Assembly (NCBI RefSeq): GCF_009834535.1
Contig: NC_045697.1
Coordinates: 52,516,001 to 52,580,000, forward strand
Source: Camelus ferus
Taxonomy: Eukaryota
DNA: 64,000 nt
Direction of reading: 5' to 3'
The stretch's first letter is position 1. Every line of letters begins with the position of its first letter. Below are positions 27,025 to 40,782 of the stretch, one piece after another. The position numbers and the translations under genes are program-made. Under the pieces are notes generated by a model. The model had not been told where the DNA came from and made no database searches. It saw only the letters and a program-made list of their open reading frames with translations.

Positions 27025-28039
27025 ACCACCACTCATCCTCTGAGGCTACAGACACTAATGAGAGGATGGATTCTCATCAACATGGGCAGTCTGTTCTCAC
27101 AATACCCAGGTGAGCCCTTGGGGGCTTTTCCTCACCCAGAGCACATCTGACAATACCCAGTGCTTTCAACTCAAAAGGTTGCTGGGCCGGGACGGGATCA
27201 CAAAGAATGTGTAATGCCAAGAAAGCCTCATTTCCTTTTCTGATTAAATGACTGTCTCATTTATCTTGAGTTAAGCAAAATATCACATCCAATCCCATCA
27301 CTAACTTAAGGACACTCTCTGTCAATTCCTTGAAGCAGTCTTAAGGCTCTAGCCTGTGATGGAACACACAGGGAATGATGTCTCTATGTCACACTGATGC
27401 ATACAAAGGAGGCTACCTGACACCTGGGTCCACTATGGCCCTGCCTGCTACCCAAGAGCAGCAGAGATCAATTTCCCAGCCTATCTGTAATCTGCTGCTG
27501 CAGGACACCAGTCAGGAGCTCGCTCTAAGGAAAATCACTCCATGACTCCACAGTTGCCTAATCAAAGTCTCCAGTGGGAGCACCAGGCTGACAGCTATCG
27601 GTGAAAGAAGTATGTGAGAGGCCTAAAGCATGAAACCCCAGAAAACCAGAGGCACCTAGTGGACAATGTGTAACTGGAAACAAAAGCCAAAGTGTAAGAA
27701 TCAGTGTGCAAAAAATGGGGAGCGAAAGCACTGGTGAGAGCAAAGGGGTGCCAAGACCAGGACACACGTGCAGGTCACTGTCCTGGTTTAAAATGCAAAG
27801 GTTCAGAAAGACATAAACACAAAGAGAGCTGGCTGACGAAGCAAGGTCAGCTTGGAGACGTAATGCACTGCTGCATTCAACACTGTCAGCAATGACTTGG
27901 AAGAAGAGAGATAAATAGAACATAGCTTATAAAAACATCAAGTCACACAAAGCTGAGAAGTGTTACAATTCCTTCTTGTTTTCAAGGTGGAGAAAGGGAA
28001 AAGGATTCATTGAATTATCAAGGACACAACTAAGACCAA

Positions 28040-28262
28040 AGGGTCAGAATCACAGGAAGGCTGACTCTGATCCAATGTAATGAAAGGCATCTTAGTGATT
28101 AAAACTGTCCAGAAATGGAATGGACCACAGGGCAAGAAGCAAGCTCTCTGGTCCTAGGAGTGTGAATTATGATCAGCCAGGAAAGTCGTAGCAAGGATTC
28201 TTACTTTGGTGAGAGACAGAATAACTGGCCCGTAAACTCCCTTTGTGCTCAAATTCCATGAA
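28040..28262 (+). mobile_element. L3/CR1-like 3' fragment
   Basis: aaaactgtccagaaatggaatggacc...agctctctggtcctaggagtgt...ctcaaattccatga. Confidence 0.5.
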
Positions 28263-31034
28263 GAATACTTCTGGTAGAAACCAAGTCTTTCTACCATTAA
28301 AGGAGTAGTAATGAGTCTGGCAAAGAGTGCAACATCTAAAATGATCCCAGTCTAAATTACAAGTAGAAGTCTTTTATTTCCATTCTGGGAAATACAACTG
28401 ATAGAGGCTTATTTTTACCTTATGACATCACACTACTACTAGCATTGCTCCTATTACCCTTATCACCGTGGGTTAATTTCCAGCAGAAGTTTACAGACTT
28501 ATCAAGTCAAGACAAAGGAAAAAAAAAAAAAGATTCTATTCCTGAAAGCTGACTACCTAGAAAATTCTAAGATGATGGTTCACTCTCATCATTTAGCATA
28601 AAAGCAAATGGAGAAGGGATCTGCAGCCAGAGGATATAAAAAGCTCACTTGGGTCTGAAAGGATGACACCGGGGACCAGCCTGGGATCAGCTTACACTGA
28701 GCTCTGCACGGAAGTTCCCCTGGCCCTGGAACGCATACAAAACCAATGGAAATTTTGTAAAAGGAAAGCAATCAGTTTCATACGCAATCTGATTTCTGTA
28801 AAGAGCAATAAATTCTTAATGGGTACAATCTGGTGATCCATAGCCGTGAAGCTTAAGGAAAGAAAGTGGGGATCATATAGCAATCATGTTGACTCAAAAG
28901 CCACTCCTCCGACAGCCTCACATTTCCTTCCCTGGAACGCAGGGTAATGAGGCTGTGGCCTTGTGCGTAGGAGACAAGAGTGGCCTTCACATCCGATCCT
29001 GTCAAGATTCTGCTGACTTCCCACCCACGAAGGCCAAGACACTCGACACAACTGAGGCAGAACTAGTTTGGCCCCGTGTGACTCTGGGGACAAGGAAGAG
29101 AAGCTCCTTCTGTGAATTAAATGTCAGGACAGCACACATTTCAGTCACTGCAGACACTCTGAACCGAGAGTGTCCTCTTGTTCCGGAGATGTCACCATGC
29201 AAGAGCACACAGAGATCAAAGATGGAAACGGGTTTCACACAAAGGCTTCCTAAGACAATGAAAGAGAAAGGAGGGTCAGGGGAGGGGGGAGGGAGAGGAA
29301 CAAAGACTGTCATGATACTAAAGAAGCAGAGAATCAGAAGAGCCATGGTCGCTGTCTGTCACTGAGCCACGGCAGATGAAGAGATGCAGGTTATTGTAAA
29401 AGACAAAGAGTGACACAACTTTTCCAAAATGCATGACGGACAGTCAGTGGTAGTTTCACAACAAAACTTAGCTCATCCGATTCACAAACCAAGTCCATCT
29501 GGCACTGTCAGACCTCGGCTTCAAATGAAAAGGCCCCTTTTCCTTTGCATATTTGAAACATCCGTTCACCAGTCATGCATGCTCCACTCATTAATGCTGA
29601 TGGACACAGTTCTGGTCCAGTTAAAATCAGCTTTGGAGCGGCCCTTTCTCCTAACTCAGCTACCTGTCTGCTTGCCGTGCACTCTAACGCACTGGCCAAA
29701 AGGGGTAACTTTCTGGCTTTCCACAGAGTCCACCTGTAAGTTTATCAATCCACGGCTACTTTTTCTTTCCTAAGAACGTGGATCATTTTCCCACTTCCTT
29801 TTCTGTTCAACTCCCACATCAAAGCTTTCAAGGTTTCCTAGCCATGTTCATTAAAAAGCTGCTCTTTTTCAGAACATGTACCAGTGAGGTTATGTAAATG
29901 AGAAAAATAAGAACAAAATAATGTGCAGCATGCGGTCATCATATTCAGAAAATTAAAGGGAAATCAAAAAAGAGAAAATAAGTCAAATGGCCCTCGCCAT
30001 CAGTTACTGATGTTGTGTATTGCTGAAGAGAAATCAAAAGCTTACATTTCATTGGTAATACTAAGACAGACTGTCGATTCCAAGAGGACATGCAATGTTT
30101 AAGAGCATTGTAAGCCCTCAAATATTTTTCAAAGAGAATCTGTCAATCAATTAACCACTGTAGAATTAGATACATGTAAACACTTAATATAATACATATT
30201 TTATATTAAAGGAGCATTACCGTAACAAGTAACACTTAACAAATGCACCATTAAACATCAATTATCATTGCTCATATCAAGGTTTTATATTCCAACCGAC
30301 AAGAGAAAAATGAAGATCATACCACAGTCCTTTTTTTAAAAATTATTTTTACAAACCCACGGAATGTAAGTTGGGAAAAGAGTTTGGAGATAACTTAAGG
30401 TCTGAGCCCTTTGTTTCCCACAGGATTAAAGTGGGGCTCATACTGGTTATCCGAGTTGCAGAAAGTCATAAAACCGCTTACTGCAGGACTGGCACTAAAT
30501 ACAGCCTTCCGACTCCTGCCTAGTGGGAATGGCTTTCTGCTACGTTATGTTGCCCCTCAAAATCAAATTCTAAGGCCATCTTCTTATCTAACTAATCATT
30601 CTTCAGCGCTGTATTAAACACAAAGTTGAACTCAGATCCTGCTTTGCAGCCCTCAAGTAGAACCTTGAATTGCGGCTCCAGGCCCACTGCAGAATCTTCC
30701 GCACCAAGTACAAGCTCTGCTGTCTCTGCAGTAACCGCTGTACTTCCCACTCCAAACAACTGCCGTGCATCCGAGTGGTAAGCGGCAAATCAAATTCAGG
30801 GCGGGAGATGTACTCCTTTAGATTCCTGCTCTGCCTGACATCTGCGCTCACCTATTTAAATATTCTGCGGCCCCAAAAAAGATATCAAATTTACGTTAAT
30901 TTTTTCTTTTTTATTTCTTTGCACTGACCACTTCTCTGTAGAAGACACTAATATAAAAAATGGGTAACACAATAACTTTATATGGACTTACTACATGTAC
31001 CTTTTCCTATAGATAATATCTTTTTATTTAGAGG

Positions 31035-32385
31035 AAAAAATAAATTTAAAAAACAAACCTTGATCTAAACCTCACACACTATATAAAAATTAACTCAAAA
31101 CAGATCATAGATTTAAAATGTAAATTTCTTTAAATTTTAGATGATAACAAAGGGGGAAATCTTCAGGACTAGGGCTTAGTGGAGGATTTTTAAACATGAC
31201 ACAGAAATTATGTTCCATAAAATAAAAAAGCAATTGATAAATTGGACCTCATCAAAACTTAAAATGTTTGCCCTATGAAAAACTCTGTTTGGAGAATGAA
31301 GAAAAGAGAAAAATTATAGGCTGGGAGAAAATATTTGTAAATCACACATATGACAAAGGACTCACATTGAGAATATATACAGAACTTTCAAAACCCAACA
31401 GTAAAAAAATAAAATAAAATAAACAATCCCACCAGAAAATGGGCAAAGGATACAAAGAGGATATACAGATGGCAAATAAGAACGTGAAAAGATATCAGCA
31501 CCATCAGCCATTAGGGAAATGCAAGTTGGGACCAGAACAAGATGATCACTACACACCTATTGGAACCGCTAAAACAGACAAGAGTGACACCACCAAACGC
31601 TGGTGAGAACGCAGAGAAACCAGACAGCTCCTACACTGCTGGTGGGAGAGCGAATGCTACCACCAGCCTGAAAATTAGTTTGGCAGTTTCTTTAAAAACT
31701 AAACATACATTTACCATATAGCCCAGCAATTACACTCCCTGGCATTTATCTCAGAGAAGTGTAATGATGCTTACTCAAAGGCCTATTTGCACACAATTGC
31801 TTGAGGCGCCTTTATCTGTAATAACCTGAACCTGGAAACAACCAGAATGTCTCATAGATGGTAAACAGGTAAACTGGTATAGCATACTGTAGATTTCTAC
31901 TCAACAATAAAAAATGAACTTTTCGTTACCACTTGGATGGAGCTCAAGGGCGTTAGGCAGATCGGAAAAAAGCCAATATAAAAAGTTCATATACTGCATG
32001 ATTCATTTATGTAACTTTCATAAAATGACAAAATTATAGAGATGGCAAACAGATTAGGAGGTGCCAAGGGTTAGGGATGGTGTGAAAGGAGAGGGTGTGA
32101 CTATAAAGAAATAGCCCAAGGAAGGTCTCTGTAGTAATACAATTATTCTTTATCTTGATCGGGGTGGTGATTACACAAATATATACGGAGGTGTAAAATA
32201 ACATGGAACTATACACATACTTTGTACCAGTGTCAGTCTCTTGATTTTGGTATTAAACTATAATTGTGTAAGATGTAACCACTGGGGGAAATGGGATGAA
32301 GGGGACATGGGATCTCTCTGTGCCATCTCTTGGAACTTCTGGTAAATCTAGAATTTTTTTTCAAAATCTAGTTTTAAAAAAAAAG
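31035..32385 (+). mobile_element. L1 (L1MC/MB-like): decayed ORF2 C-terminal region plus 3' UTR
   Basis: aaaaattaactcaaaa...ggacctcatcaaaactt...gggagaaaatatttgtaaatcac...catcagccattagggaaatgcaa...cccagcaattacactcc...gtaaccactggggga. The reading frame is broken. Confidence 0.92.
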
Positions 32386-32891
32386 ACCATGTTTACACCG
32401 ACACAGAATTACTCTAGGTGGACTGCCACATTCTCAGCTTTTGGAAAGGTCTCCTATCTCATATTGGAGCTCACTTGTTCACTAACTGCCTCGGAAGCCT
32501 TAGTTTCATTATGTGGGCTTGCACTCTGCTCTTCCAATGTCTCTTGGTTTCAGGAGAGCTCGGTAGCCACATCCTCAAGGATTTGACCGATCAGAAGGAA
32601 AAAAAATCTTTTCACCCTCTGAAGTTCTGGTGTTGGTGGAAGATGGTCACCGCTGTGGCAAATTCAAGGTATTCTGTAAGAATGAGGAAGCTGCAGCCCA
32701 ATGCAGGAAGGAAACGTGGTGTGGTAGAGAAAACACTTGCTTGAGTGCTAGAGGCCTAAGTTAACAATTTGGGTCACCTTGGCCAAGCCGCTTTTCCTCA
32801 GTTGTCTCATATATTAAATGTGGAAGTTTAACTAAGAAGTCTGTGGCATGGCAACTTCTGTATATTACTACTATTCTCAAAGCACTCTCAG

Positions 32892-33043
32892 AGGGGTGGA
32901 GGGTATAGCCCAGTGGTAGTGCATGTGCTTGGCGTGCATGAGGTCCTGGGTTCAATCCCCAGTTCCTCTGCTAAGGGAAAATTAAATAAATAAATAAAAT
33001 TTATTTTTTAAAAACAGATAAATAAATTAAATTTATTTTTTTA
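32892..33043 (+). mobile_element. tRNA-derived SINE (Vic-1-like) with AT-rich tail
   Basis: gggtatagcccagtggtagtgcatgtgcttggcgtgcatgaggtcctgggttcaatccccag, followed by a (TAAA)n tail. Confidence 0.9.
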
Positions 33044-33789
33044 AGTATGATCAGAGAAAGAAGAGTTAAATTTCTGAGAAAAATCTTATTACCTGGAAAT
33101 GTTGAAAGGCAGAAAACCAGTTCTAGGATGTCTGCTTTAATCATCACTCCCCCATCACCATTATTTTAAGGAAAATTATGACAGCCAGTTTGAACAAGTC
33201 CCAAACAAAAGGGAAACTTTTCAGGAAGTATGGTAGAAAGAAAGTGTCACTATATCTCCAGTTTAAATGACCCCTTGCTCAAGACAAAATTGTTCTTGGG
33301 AGGAAAAAAAAAAACTGGATTCTGTTATTTGGACTTATCTTCCCTATTCATTTGATTCATTCATACATTCACACTGGTGACAGCTCAAGGCAACTCAGAA
33401 AAGGAGTGTACTGGCAACGATTAAACTAAAGACGTTTCCTGTGCCTCCATCCTTTGGGGTCACTCCTGCTGTTGCACTGAAAGAATTTAAAAGAATTTTT
33501 TTTCAATCAAGGAAGGAAGCAAAAGATTCTAAGCCTGTGAATGAATGGAGCACATTTCTCCAAAGGAACCAATGAAAGACAATAAAAGGGTCACTTGGCC
33601 CTAAGGGACATTCTGGAATGTCCAGCAACCTACCTCGGAGTTTTTGTTTTATTTTCATTTATTTTCTCTCTGCTTTATTTGTGACTATCTGGGGCGGGGG
33701 GGGAAGCTCTTTTCTGGCAACCTAGTTTTTAACTGATTCATTTATCTGGCTTCATAAACCTGCGCTAATTTACAGTAGAATATGGAGCC

Positions 33790-33978
33790 GGAAGAAAATT
33801 TAGGAACTACCTACACCAACTCCGCATTCCACTACTCAGTAAACTGAAGCCCAGAAACATTCAATGAGGAGCCAGTGTCAGAGCTGGTGAGCGGCACAGC
33901 TCGGCTGGAACTCCACTTCCTAGGAACCAGCTAGGAACTCCACTTCCTAGGAACCAGGGCTCTCTCTGCTCGACCACA
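33790..33978 (-). mobile_element. MIR-like element with an internal tandem duplication
   Basis: aaactgaagcccaga...agagctggtgagcggcacagctcggctggaactcca. Confidence 0.55.
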
Positions 33979-34224
33979 CGGCCGCCTCGTCCCTTTCAGG
34001 TTGGAAACAAATTCTACAGGGCTTGGTAATTAGAGCCTCCACCTCCTCCAAAGATACTAATTGCATGTGGAAACAAATTCTGACGCCTAAATTACTTCAG
34101 GAATATTCTATTTGGTGATCCCTAGTCCTTGTCAAATTGTTGGCTCTATTTCTTCATGTATAATTCTATCTGAATGGACTCAGTCTACCCCATTTTTAAT
34201 GCGCAATCATATCGTACATGTTTA

Positions 34225-34400
34225 ACTTATAATATGCCAGTCACCAGACTAGGCGCTTAATATTGATCAGCTCATGTAATCACCACAACAGCTCTATGAG
34301 TGAGACAGTATTATCCCCATTTTTCAGATGAGAACTGACACTTAGAGAAGTCAGTTAACTGACTCGAGGCCACACATCTAATCCAGGTCAATCCAATTTC
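34225..34400 (-). mobile_element. MIR SINE
   Basis: attatccccattttcagatgagaactgacacttagagaagtcagttaact. Confidence 0.8.
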
Positions 34401-34944
34401 AGCATCTAAGGCTTACCCAATATGCTTCTCAGAGCTACAGACTTCCTGATCGTTTGTTCTTCCAAATCATTATGCCAATTTTTTTCTTTATCAATATGCA
34501 CATCTAGAATTCTCAATCCAACATTCAGCTTAAGGAGCAAGTAGACTTTGGGCAAAAGTATGCTACTTTCAGTAATTGAAACAACATGCATTACCTTGTA
34601 AGGAAACCACTCAAGAACAGTGTCACAAGATCAGCTTTTGACACTGTGGACTGAAACCAATTATGACCCAAACTACATGAGCTCAGTAGACTCCCAGTCA
34701 TTTGGTACTCGCCACTGCAAGAATTAGGCTGGGCAGGAATGGTCCCCTCTTAAGTAAACTAGCAATCTTATGCTGGTTTCTGCATCCCTGGCCCCATCAT
34801 TTTTCATTTATATTTTTAAGGATTTTAAAACATTTGCATATGAACTGGTTGCAGTGGAACCCACATAGGAGAAAAGAGGTATAAGTACCTTTATTTGATT
34901 CACCATATATAAAGAGCAGACTAGTGCAGTGAGCAAACGATTTA

Positions 34945-35105
34945 TCAGCTTCATGCCTTGGGTGAGTTAACTCACCCCTCTACATTCCTTCATCTATAAA
35001 ATGGAGTTAATAGTCATACCTCCCTCACAGGACTTGTTACAAGGATTAAATGATGCTACTACTTATCAAGTACTCAGAAAAATATTCAGTGAATGTTACC
35101 TATTC
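34945..35105 (+). mobile_element. MIR SINE
   Basis: ccttcatctataaaatggagttaatagt...aaggattaaatga. Confidence 0.75.
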
Positions 35106-35659
35106 TTACTGTGGTGATGGTAGATGTGATGGTTATTACTATTAGAATAATCACAAAGTGGGAGTGACTTTACTTACATCATTGATCATGGTACTGAAGG
35201 ACTGTCAAAAAGAGCAATTCTGTATCAACTATTCTTAACTAAAATCATTATATTTGGCCACATAACCCAAAAGAAAACTTGTCCATATCAATATCTAGTA
35301 GTTAATTCACCCTGGGGGGTTCCTCAGAAATCCCATAAAATAAAATCCACTGAAATATGCTTAAGATTTTCCCGTGGTTATGAGAGGTATCAGGAACACC
35401 TTTTTCGAAATGTGGTATGTCAGAGTAATCACATTCACACTATACGATGTAAAACTACTGCTCACAAAGGCCTGGACACACTAAGGTCGACCAAACACAG
35501 GGAGATGTATGCTTGCCTGGAGCTATCCCCACGGTCCATCTCCGTGCTGACACTTCCCTCCTCCCAGACAAGAGTCTACATTAGGATCTCAGTTTCTTCA
35601 TGAGATTAACAACTTTAGCACTTGCTTAGCCAGAGGTCCCCAAGCAAAATGGTGAGGCA

Positions 35660-35850
35660 GGGGCTCATTAGAGCCAGAGATCTGTATTTGAACCTTACCA
35701 CTGAGCAGCTAGGTGACACTCTGTGAGTCACTTAACCTCAGTGAGCCTCCCTTTCCTCATCTGCAAAATGGGAATAGTAATGGTACCTTCCTCTCTGAGC
35801 TGCTGGAAGGACTAAAGAAGATCATGTGTATAAAGTGCATAGTATTCAAC
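35660..35850 (+). mobile_element. MIR SINE
   Basis: gtcacttaacctcagtgagcctccctttcctcatctgcaaaatgggaatagtaatggtacc. Confidence 0.85.
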
Positions 35851-36039
35851 AACAACAACAAATAACAGATCTCCTAGTTTAGAGAAACACTCTCAAGCAG
35901 TGCTACCCACTTCCTACCAAAGCCCAAATGAGAGAAGTGATGTTTACAGAGGATAATCCTCCATTCTGGGTGCACAGAAGCACCAGAGATGATATACTTG
36001 CTTTTAGCTAATGTATCTCTTTAAAGCATTATAACAGCA

Positions 36040-36295
36040 AGACAGAGTAGGAGAGTGTGGGCTCTAAAATCAGAAAAGGCCTGGGTCTCACCTACAGGTT
36101 TACTCCTTACTCGCTACGTGAACTTGAGGAAGTTTTATACATTCTTTAAGGCTGACTTTCCTTATCATTAAATCGGCTATAATGCTACTTTAAAAGATAG
36201 TTGCAATAATCAAATGTTTATAAGGGTTAAATAAAATAAGGCATGCAAAGTTCCTAGTACAGTGCCTGACACATGCAGGCACCCAGCAAATGTCT
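36040..36295 (+). mobile_element. MIR SINE
   Basis: gagtgtgggctctaaaatcag...ctagtacagtgcctgacacatgcaggcacccagcaaatgt. Confidence 0.75.
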
Positions 36296-37739
36296 GCCCC
36301 TAGCAATGCATGTTTTATGTTATTGCATAGCTATAAAATTTGGCTGAGAGTATTATCTTCAGTTTTTCTTATTGCCCCTTATCTAAAGCCTAAAGTGAAA
36401 CATTCCTTTTAGAATACAATTCTAGTAATATCTTTACTTCCCCTTAGCATTTTCCTTTTCTGATAAGAAATACCTAACTGATTGTGTTTCTCTTTTTATC
36501 TTGGCTGCCAGGAGGCTCAGAGGCAAATTCAACCCCATGACAATATTGGTCCTAATGGTTCTGCATATTCTATGTTCTCCCTGATTCTGACATCTACTTT
36601 CACCCATATTTAATTATTACAAGACTCCTTAATCTTTTGCAGAACGTGAGAAGCGATTAAGTAACCAACTAATTAATTCAGTCCAGAGGAAAATACTGAT
36701 TTAAATCGTGTTAGGAAAAAAGCACCTGGCTTGAGCTACTCACGTCCTAGCTGTTTTTCACATTTACCCCCTCTCCTTGGGCAATTCCTTTAACCTTTCA
36801 GATCCATAGTTTCTCATGTCATGTAAGAATAATAATCTCTAGAGATCTCTCAGGACAATTTAGGTATACAAGTGTGCTCTATAAGCAGTCAAGTGTTCTA
36901 TTAGTATTATTACTGTCACAAGCAGAGAAGAGGGGAGTCTTCACATGAGTGACGGTGTGCACATAGAGACTGCAGTGCAGCACTGAGGACCCCTGCAGGC
37001 AGCCGGGGAAGATGTGCAGTGATGGGGCCCCAATGCAGCCACCATGCTAGGCTTGCTAGAAAGCTCTAGCAGGACTCCCTGAGGAGGAAGAAGCAAGATG
37101 GAAATGAAGGTAAACATCTCAAGGGACAATTCCAACTCAGTAAGCATCTTAAGCCAATTTGTTGTTTGGGGCCACCAATCTAAGTTGATTTGCTTAGAGT
37201 ACAGTGTAAATGAGACCATGGTTTGCCCCTCACGAGCCTGTAGGCTGCACCCCTCACTCTTATCAGACCCATCACCGGAACAGGCTGTGGGTCACAAGGG
37301 GCTCATAACATGGGAATCCTTAATCCTCTACCAATGACAGTGGTAGAGGACACCACATCAACTGGTACGGCCAACAGGACTCATATACTATTAATGTAAT
37401 TCAGAGAGGGGGATTTTTTTTTAAGCTAAATTTGGGCCAAAATCAAGCAGCTCTTAATAATAGGGAGGGTAGGTGTTTCTCCATTTTTAGAATAATTTGC
37501 CAACTTATTCCAAGGAGTTCAAATGTTCTCTCAGCATCTCCAAGTCTTTTATTCCAAAAACCCATACCGCTCACTAATAACTTGGTACAGCAGCTGCCTA
37601 CCCATAGAGGAGAGAAAGAAGGAACCTGCTGGAGAATGGCATGTTGAAAAGATGACTGAGGGAGGGGGTGGAGATGAAAGTCACAGGTCCAAGTCCCAGC
37701 GCAACCCCACGTCTTGCAAATGTGATCAAATCGCTTAAC

Positions 37740-37978
37740 AACAATAACTCGTACACACTGGGCCTTACGATTTTCCAATGGCCTTTAAAGGCCTCATAAC
37801 TCACTTAACTCTCAGATCAATTCAATGAGGTGGGTACTTTCTCACCTTATTGTGTAGATTATAAGAGCTGAGACAGAAAAGTCAAGTGATTTGCCCAGCA
37901 TCAAACTGCTGATAAATAAGGCCCCTGGGATCTGAACTCAGACTCCGATTCCAAGCCCGTGGTCTTCACCACTGTGTA
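37740..37978 (-). mobile_element. MIR SINE
   Basis: gagctgagacagaaaagtcaagtgatttgcccagcatc...gggatctgaactcagactccgattccaagccc. Confidence 0.75.
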
Positions 37979-38664
37979 ATGTTGCTCTTGTAAGTCTTGC
38001 TTTCCTTCCTTTGCAAAAGAAGGGAATGACAAATCAGGCAGCAGATTTCTCACGAGGTTGTTACAAGAATCAAGCCTACTCATGGAGGTGACAGCCCTTT
38101 ACAAAGTTGAAAGTACTAGACAGATGGACAGGTTCCCATCCAGGTCGGCGTGCGTCTCCTAACACCAAGGACTTCTAAGTGAAGACAAGCCACACTAAAA
38201 AGAAGTTACTTCTTCACATTCTGAACTTAGGAAAGAAACAGCCACCAAAGATTTTTAAAAGGCATCTGTGAAGATGAGAGACTTTGGTGCTAAGAGCGAC
38301 GACGGCCAGGCTGACGAGCAACGGGAAAAGCCCGTTCAGGGTCTGCCCACGCCCTTCAGAAAGACACGACTGTCACCTAAACTGCTGGAATTTCAAAGAC
38401 AGAAAAAGCTATTCTCCGGCTCTGCTCATCCATTTCCAAGGCAACCCACTTTCAAAGGCGTTTTCTCAGTTGACTTTAGACCAATCAAGTGGAAAACGAC
38501 TATTCATAGCTGTCGTTTTCTAATTTTGACTACCCCAAGCTTTGGAGAAATGAATAAAGAGAACCCTCTGGGACTTGACGGTACCAATCAAATGCTCCTC
38601 ATCCTCAGCCAGCCGCTCCAGCACTGAGCTTCATGAGGCTGTACAAAGAGAGCCAGACCAGGGG

Positions 38665-38850
38665 GCCGAAGACCTTGTCCTAAACCTGACTCCTGCAATG
38701 CAGGATGTGTGACCTCCGGCAAGCTGTCAGCCTGTGGGAAGCTCTGATTTGTGTTCCTAAAATAGAAATCACGCTTGCTCTAATTGCACCGAGGGTTATG
38801 GAACAATTGTGCAGTGGTATAAAAGCCTCTATCAAGTGATATCGTGCTAC
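38665..38850 (+). mobile_element. Degenerate MIR
   Basis: gatgtgtgacctccggcaag...taaaatagaaatc...gagggttatgga. Confidence 0.45.
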
Positions 38851-40009
38851 AGAAAAATAAAACATTTTGCAACATATAGAGTCAGCTCGGCTTAGTCAGC
38901 TCTCCCAATGCCCTTTGAACTGTGCACAAAGGGCCCAGGGAGAACTTTCAATGCCATCTAAAATAACTTTGATGGGAAAATGCAACTTGGAGCAAAGGAA
39001 GAAAAAGCAAAGTGCAAAAATATGAAAAGTGCCATAAAAAATATAGTTTGCTACAGTCAATGAAGCCCTCCTGGGACCTTTTCTCATTTCTTTTTTAGGG
39101 AAAACACACATTTCCTGATCATAGACTTTGAAAGTACAGTGAACAAAAATACACTGATGTACTTCCTTAGCACATAAAGGTTTCAAAATTCCTCTGGCCA
39201 AACAAAATCTCCCTTTGCATCAGAAACTTCTCTTCCTGCCCTTGCTATGACAGAACAGGCTACCGAACGACAACCACGGTATAAATCGCCATGGTAAGAT
39301 ACCAACCATTCCACGCTCTGGTGAGACATGTAAAGTCGTTCTGGAAGGAAATTATTGAGTAAGCAGAAGCAGGGCTGAGGTTTTGTATCCTCTTGACCCT
39401 GTTATTCAATCCTCCTCCTCCTCCCCACATCATGTGAGTCACAGATAGAAAAGGCGTGCATATAGTTTAAAGTCAATGCTCCTGAAACAGCCCCCAGAAG
39501 GGTTGGCTCCTCCACTCCTCTACACTCTGAACTGTAGAACTGGTGTCCTCAGGGACAGTCGTGACTGCCAGGAGGGTACTGCCTCAAAACAGTCGTGGAG
39601 CCACTAGAGAAGGTAGGAACGCACCTCTCCTGCCAAGGCCAAAAGCTTTCGCTGAGACTCACCAGTAGCTCAAAAACAAATGCTTTATTTGACACACAGA
39701 TACAGTAGGAAGCAATATTTGTGGAAAAGAAAGTAACAGCATGTAAACAGAAGTTCAGAGGTGATTCAGTAGAAAAACAGCATTGGGGGGAAGAAAAGGA
39801 CATCAGAAAGCAAAACGTTCTATCTAAACTCAGATAAAAAACTGATGCTTTAACTTGTGCATTTGGTGTTCCGTATGCTTGATTATTAACCTGAAATTGG
39901 TGCCTTTTATTTTCTCAAATATTAGTCAAAGAAAACAGAATTATTTTCTATATGGAACTTTTCTCAGCGAGGCATCCCCATACTCAGGCGGAGCTCACGG
40001 CACGTCTTA

Positions 40010-40782
40010 AACAACAGTGCTTCTGCACACTGTGCCTCCTCCCAGCACAGAGCCTCGTTTGTGCTCTCCTTTCTACCCACAGTGTTCTTCTCTTCAGCCT
40101 TCACCAATTTTTCTTCTTGCTCATCCTTCAGATCGCAACTCAAGTATGACTTTCTCAGAGAAGTCATTTCCTGACCTCCCTAATCCCACTACTATCAGAT
40201 TTTACAGCACCATGGGCCACACTCCATCAGAGCACTTGCCATAAGTGCAGTTGAACAGTTATTAGTATATTACATGTGGAATCTAAGAAAATGGCACAAA
40301 CGAACGTATTTATAAAACAGAAATAGACTCACAGATACAGAAAACAACCTTATGGTTACCGGGAGGGAAAGGGGGTAGGGAGGGATAAATTGGGAGTTCA
40401 GAATTTGCAGAAACTAACTACTACATAGAAAATAGATAAACAAGGTCCTACTGTATAACACAGGGAACTATATTCAATACCTTGTAATAGCTTGTAACGA
40501 AAAAGAATATGAAAAGGAATATATGTAGGTATACGTATAACTAAAACATTATGCTGTACACCAGAAATTGATACATTGTAAACTGACTATATTTCAATAA
40601 AAAATAACATCTATTTGTACAGTATTTGATTAGTAAGTGTCTTCAAACAGACTATAAGCTCTCTAAGGTTAGAAAGTGTCTCTAATTTTGGTCACCATCA
40701 TGTCTTCAGCATCTAGCACCATGCTTAGTATACAGTAGACCTTCAGTAAGCATTCTGGGTGAAGGGATGAATGGATAAATGA
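40010..40782 (+). mobile_element. L2 3' region split by an L1 insertion
   Basis: ctcatccttcagatcgcaactcaagtatgactttctcagagaagtcatttcctgacc resumes after the L1 as gactataagctctctaagg...catctagcaccatgcttagtatacagtag...gaatggataaatga. Confidence 0.75.
40268..40606 (+). mobile_element. 5'-truncated L1 3' UTR, camelid/cetartiodactyl type
   Basis: catgtggaatctaa...aaaacagaaatagactcacagatacagaaaacaaccttatggttacc...gggagggataaattgggagtt...caataaaaaataa. Confidence 0.9.

Noticed and set aside
31035..32385. Active L1 or functional reverse transcriptase
   Set aside because: 5'-truncated, with many stops and frameshifts. Only the decayed ORF2 end and 3' UTR remain.
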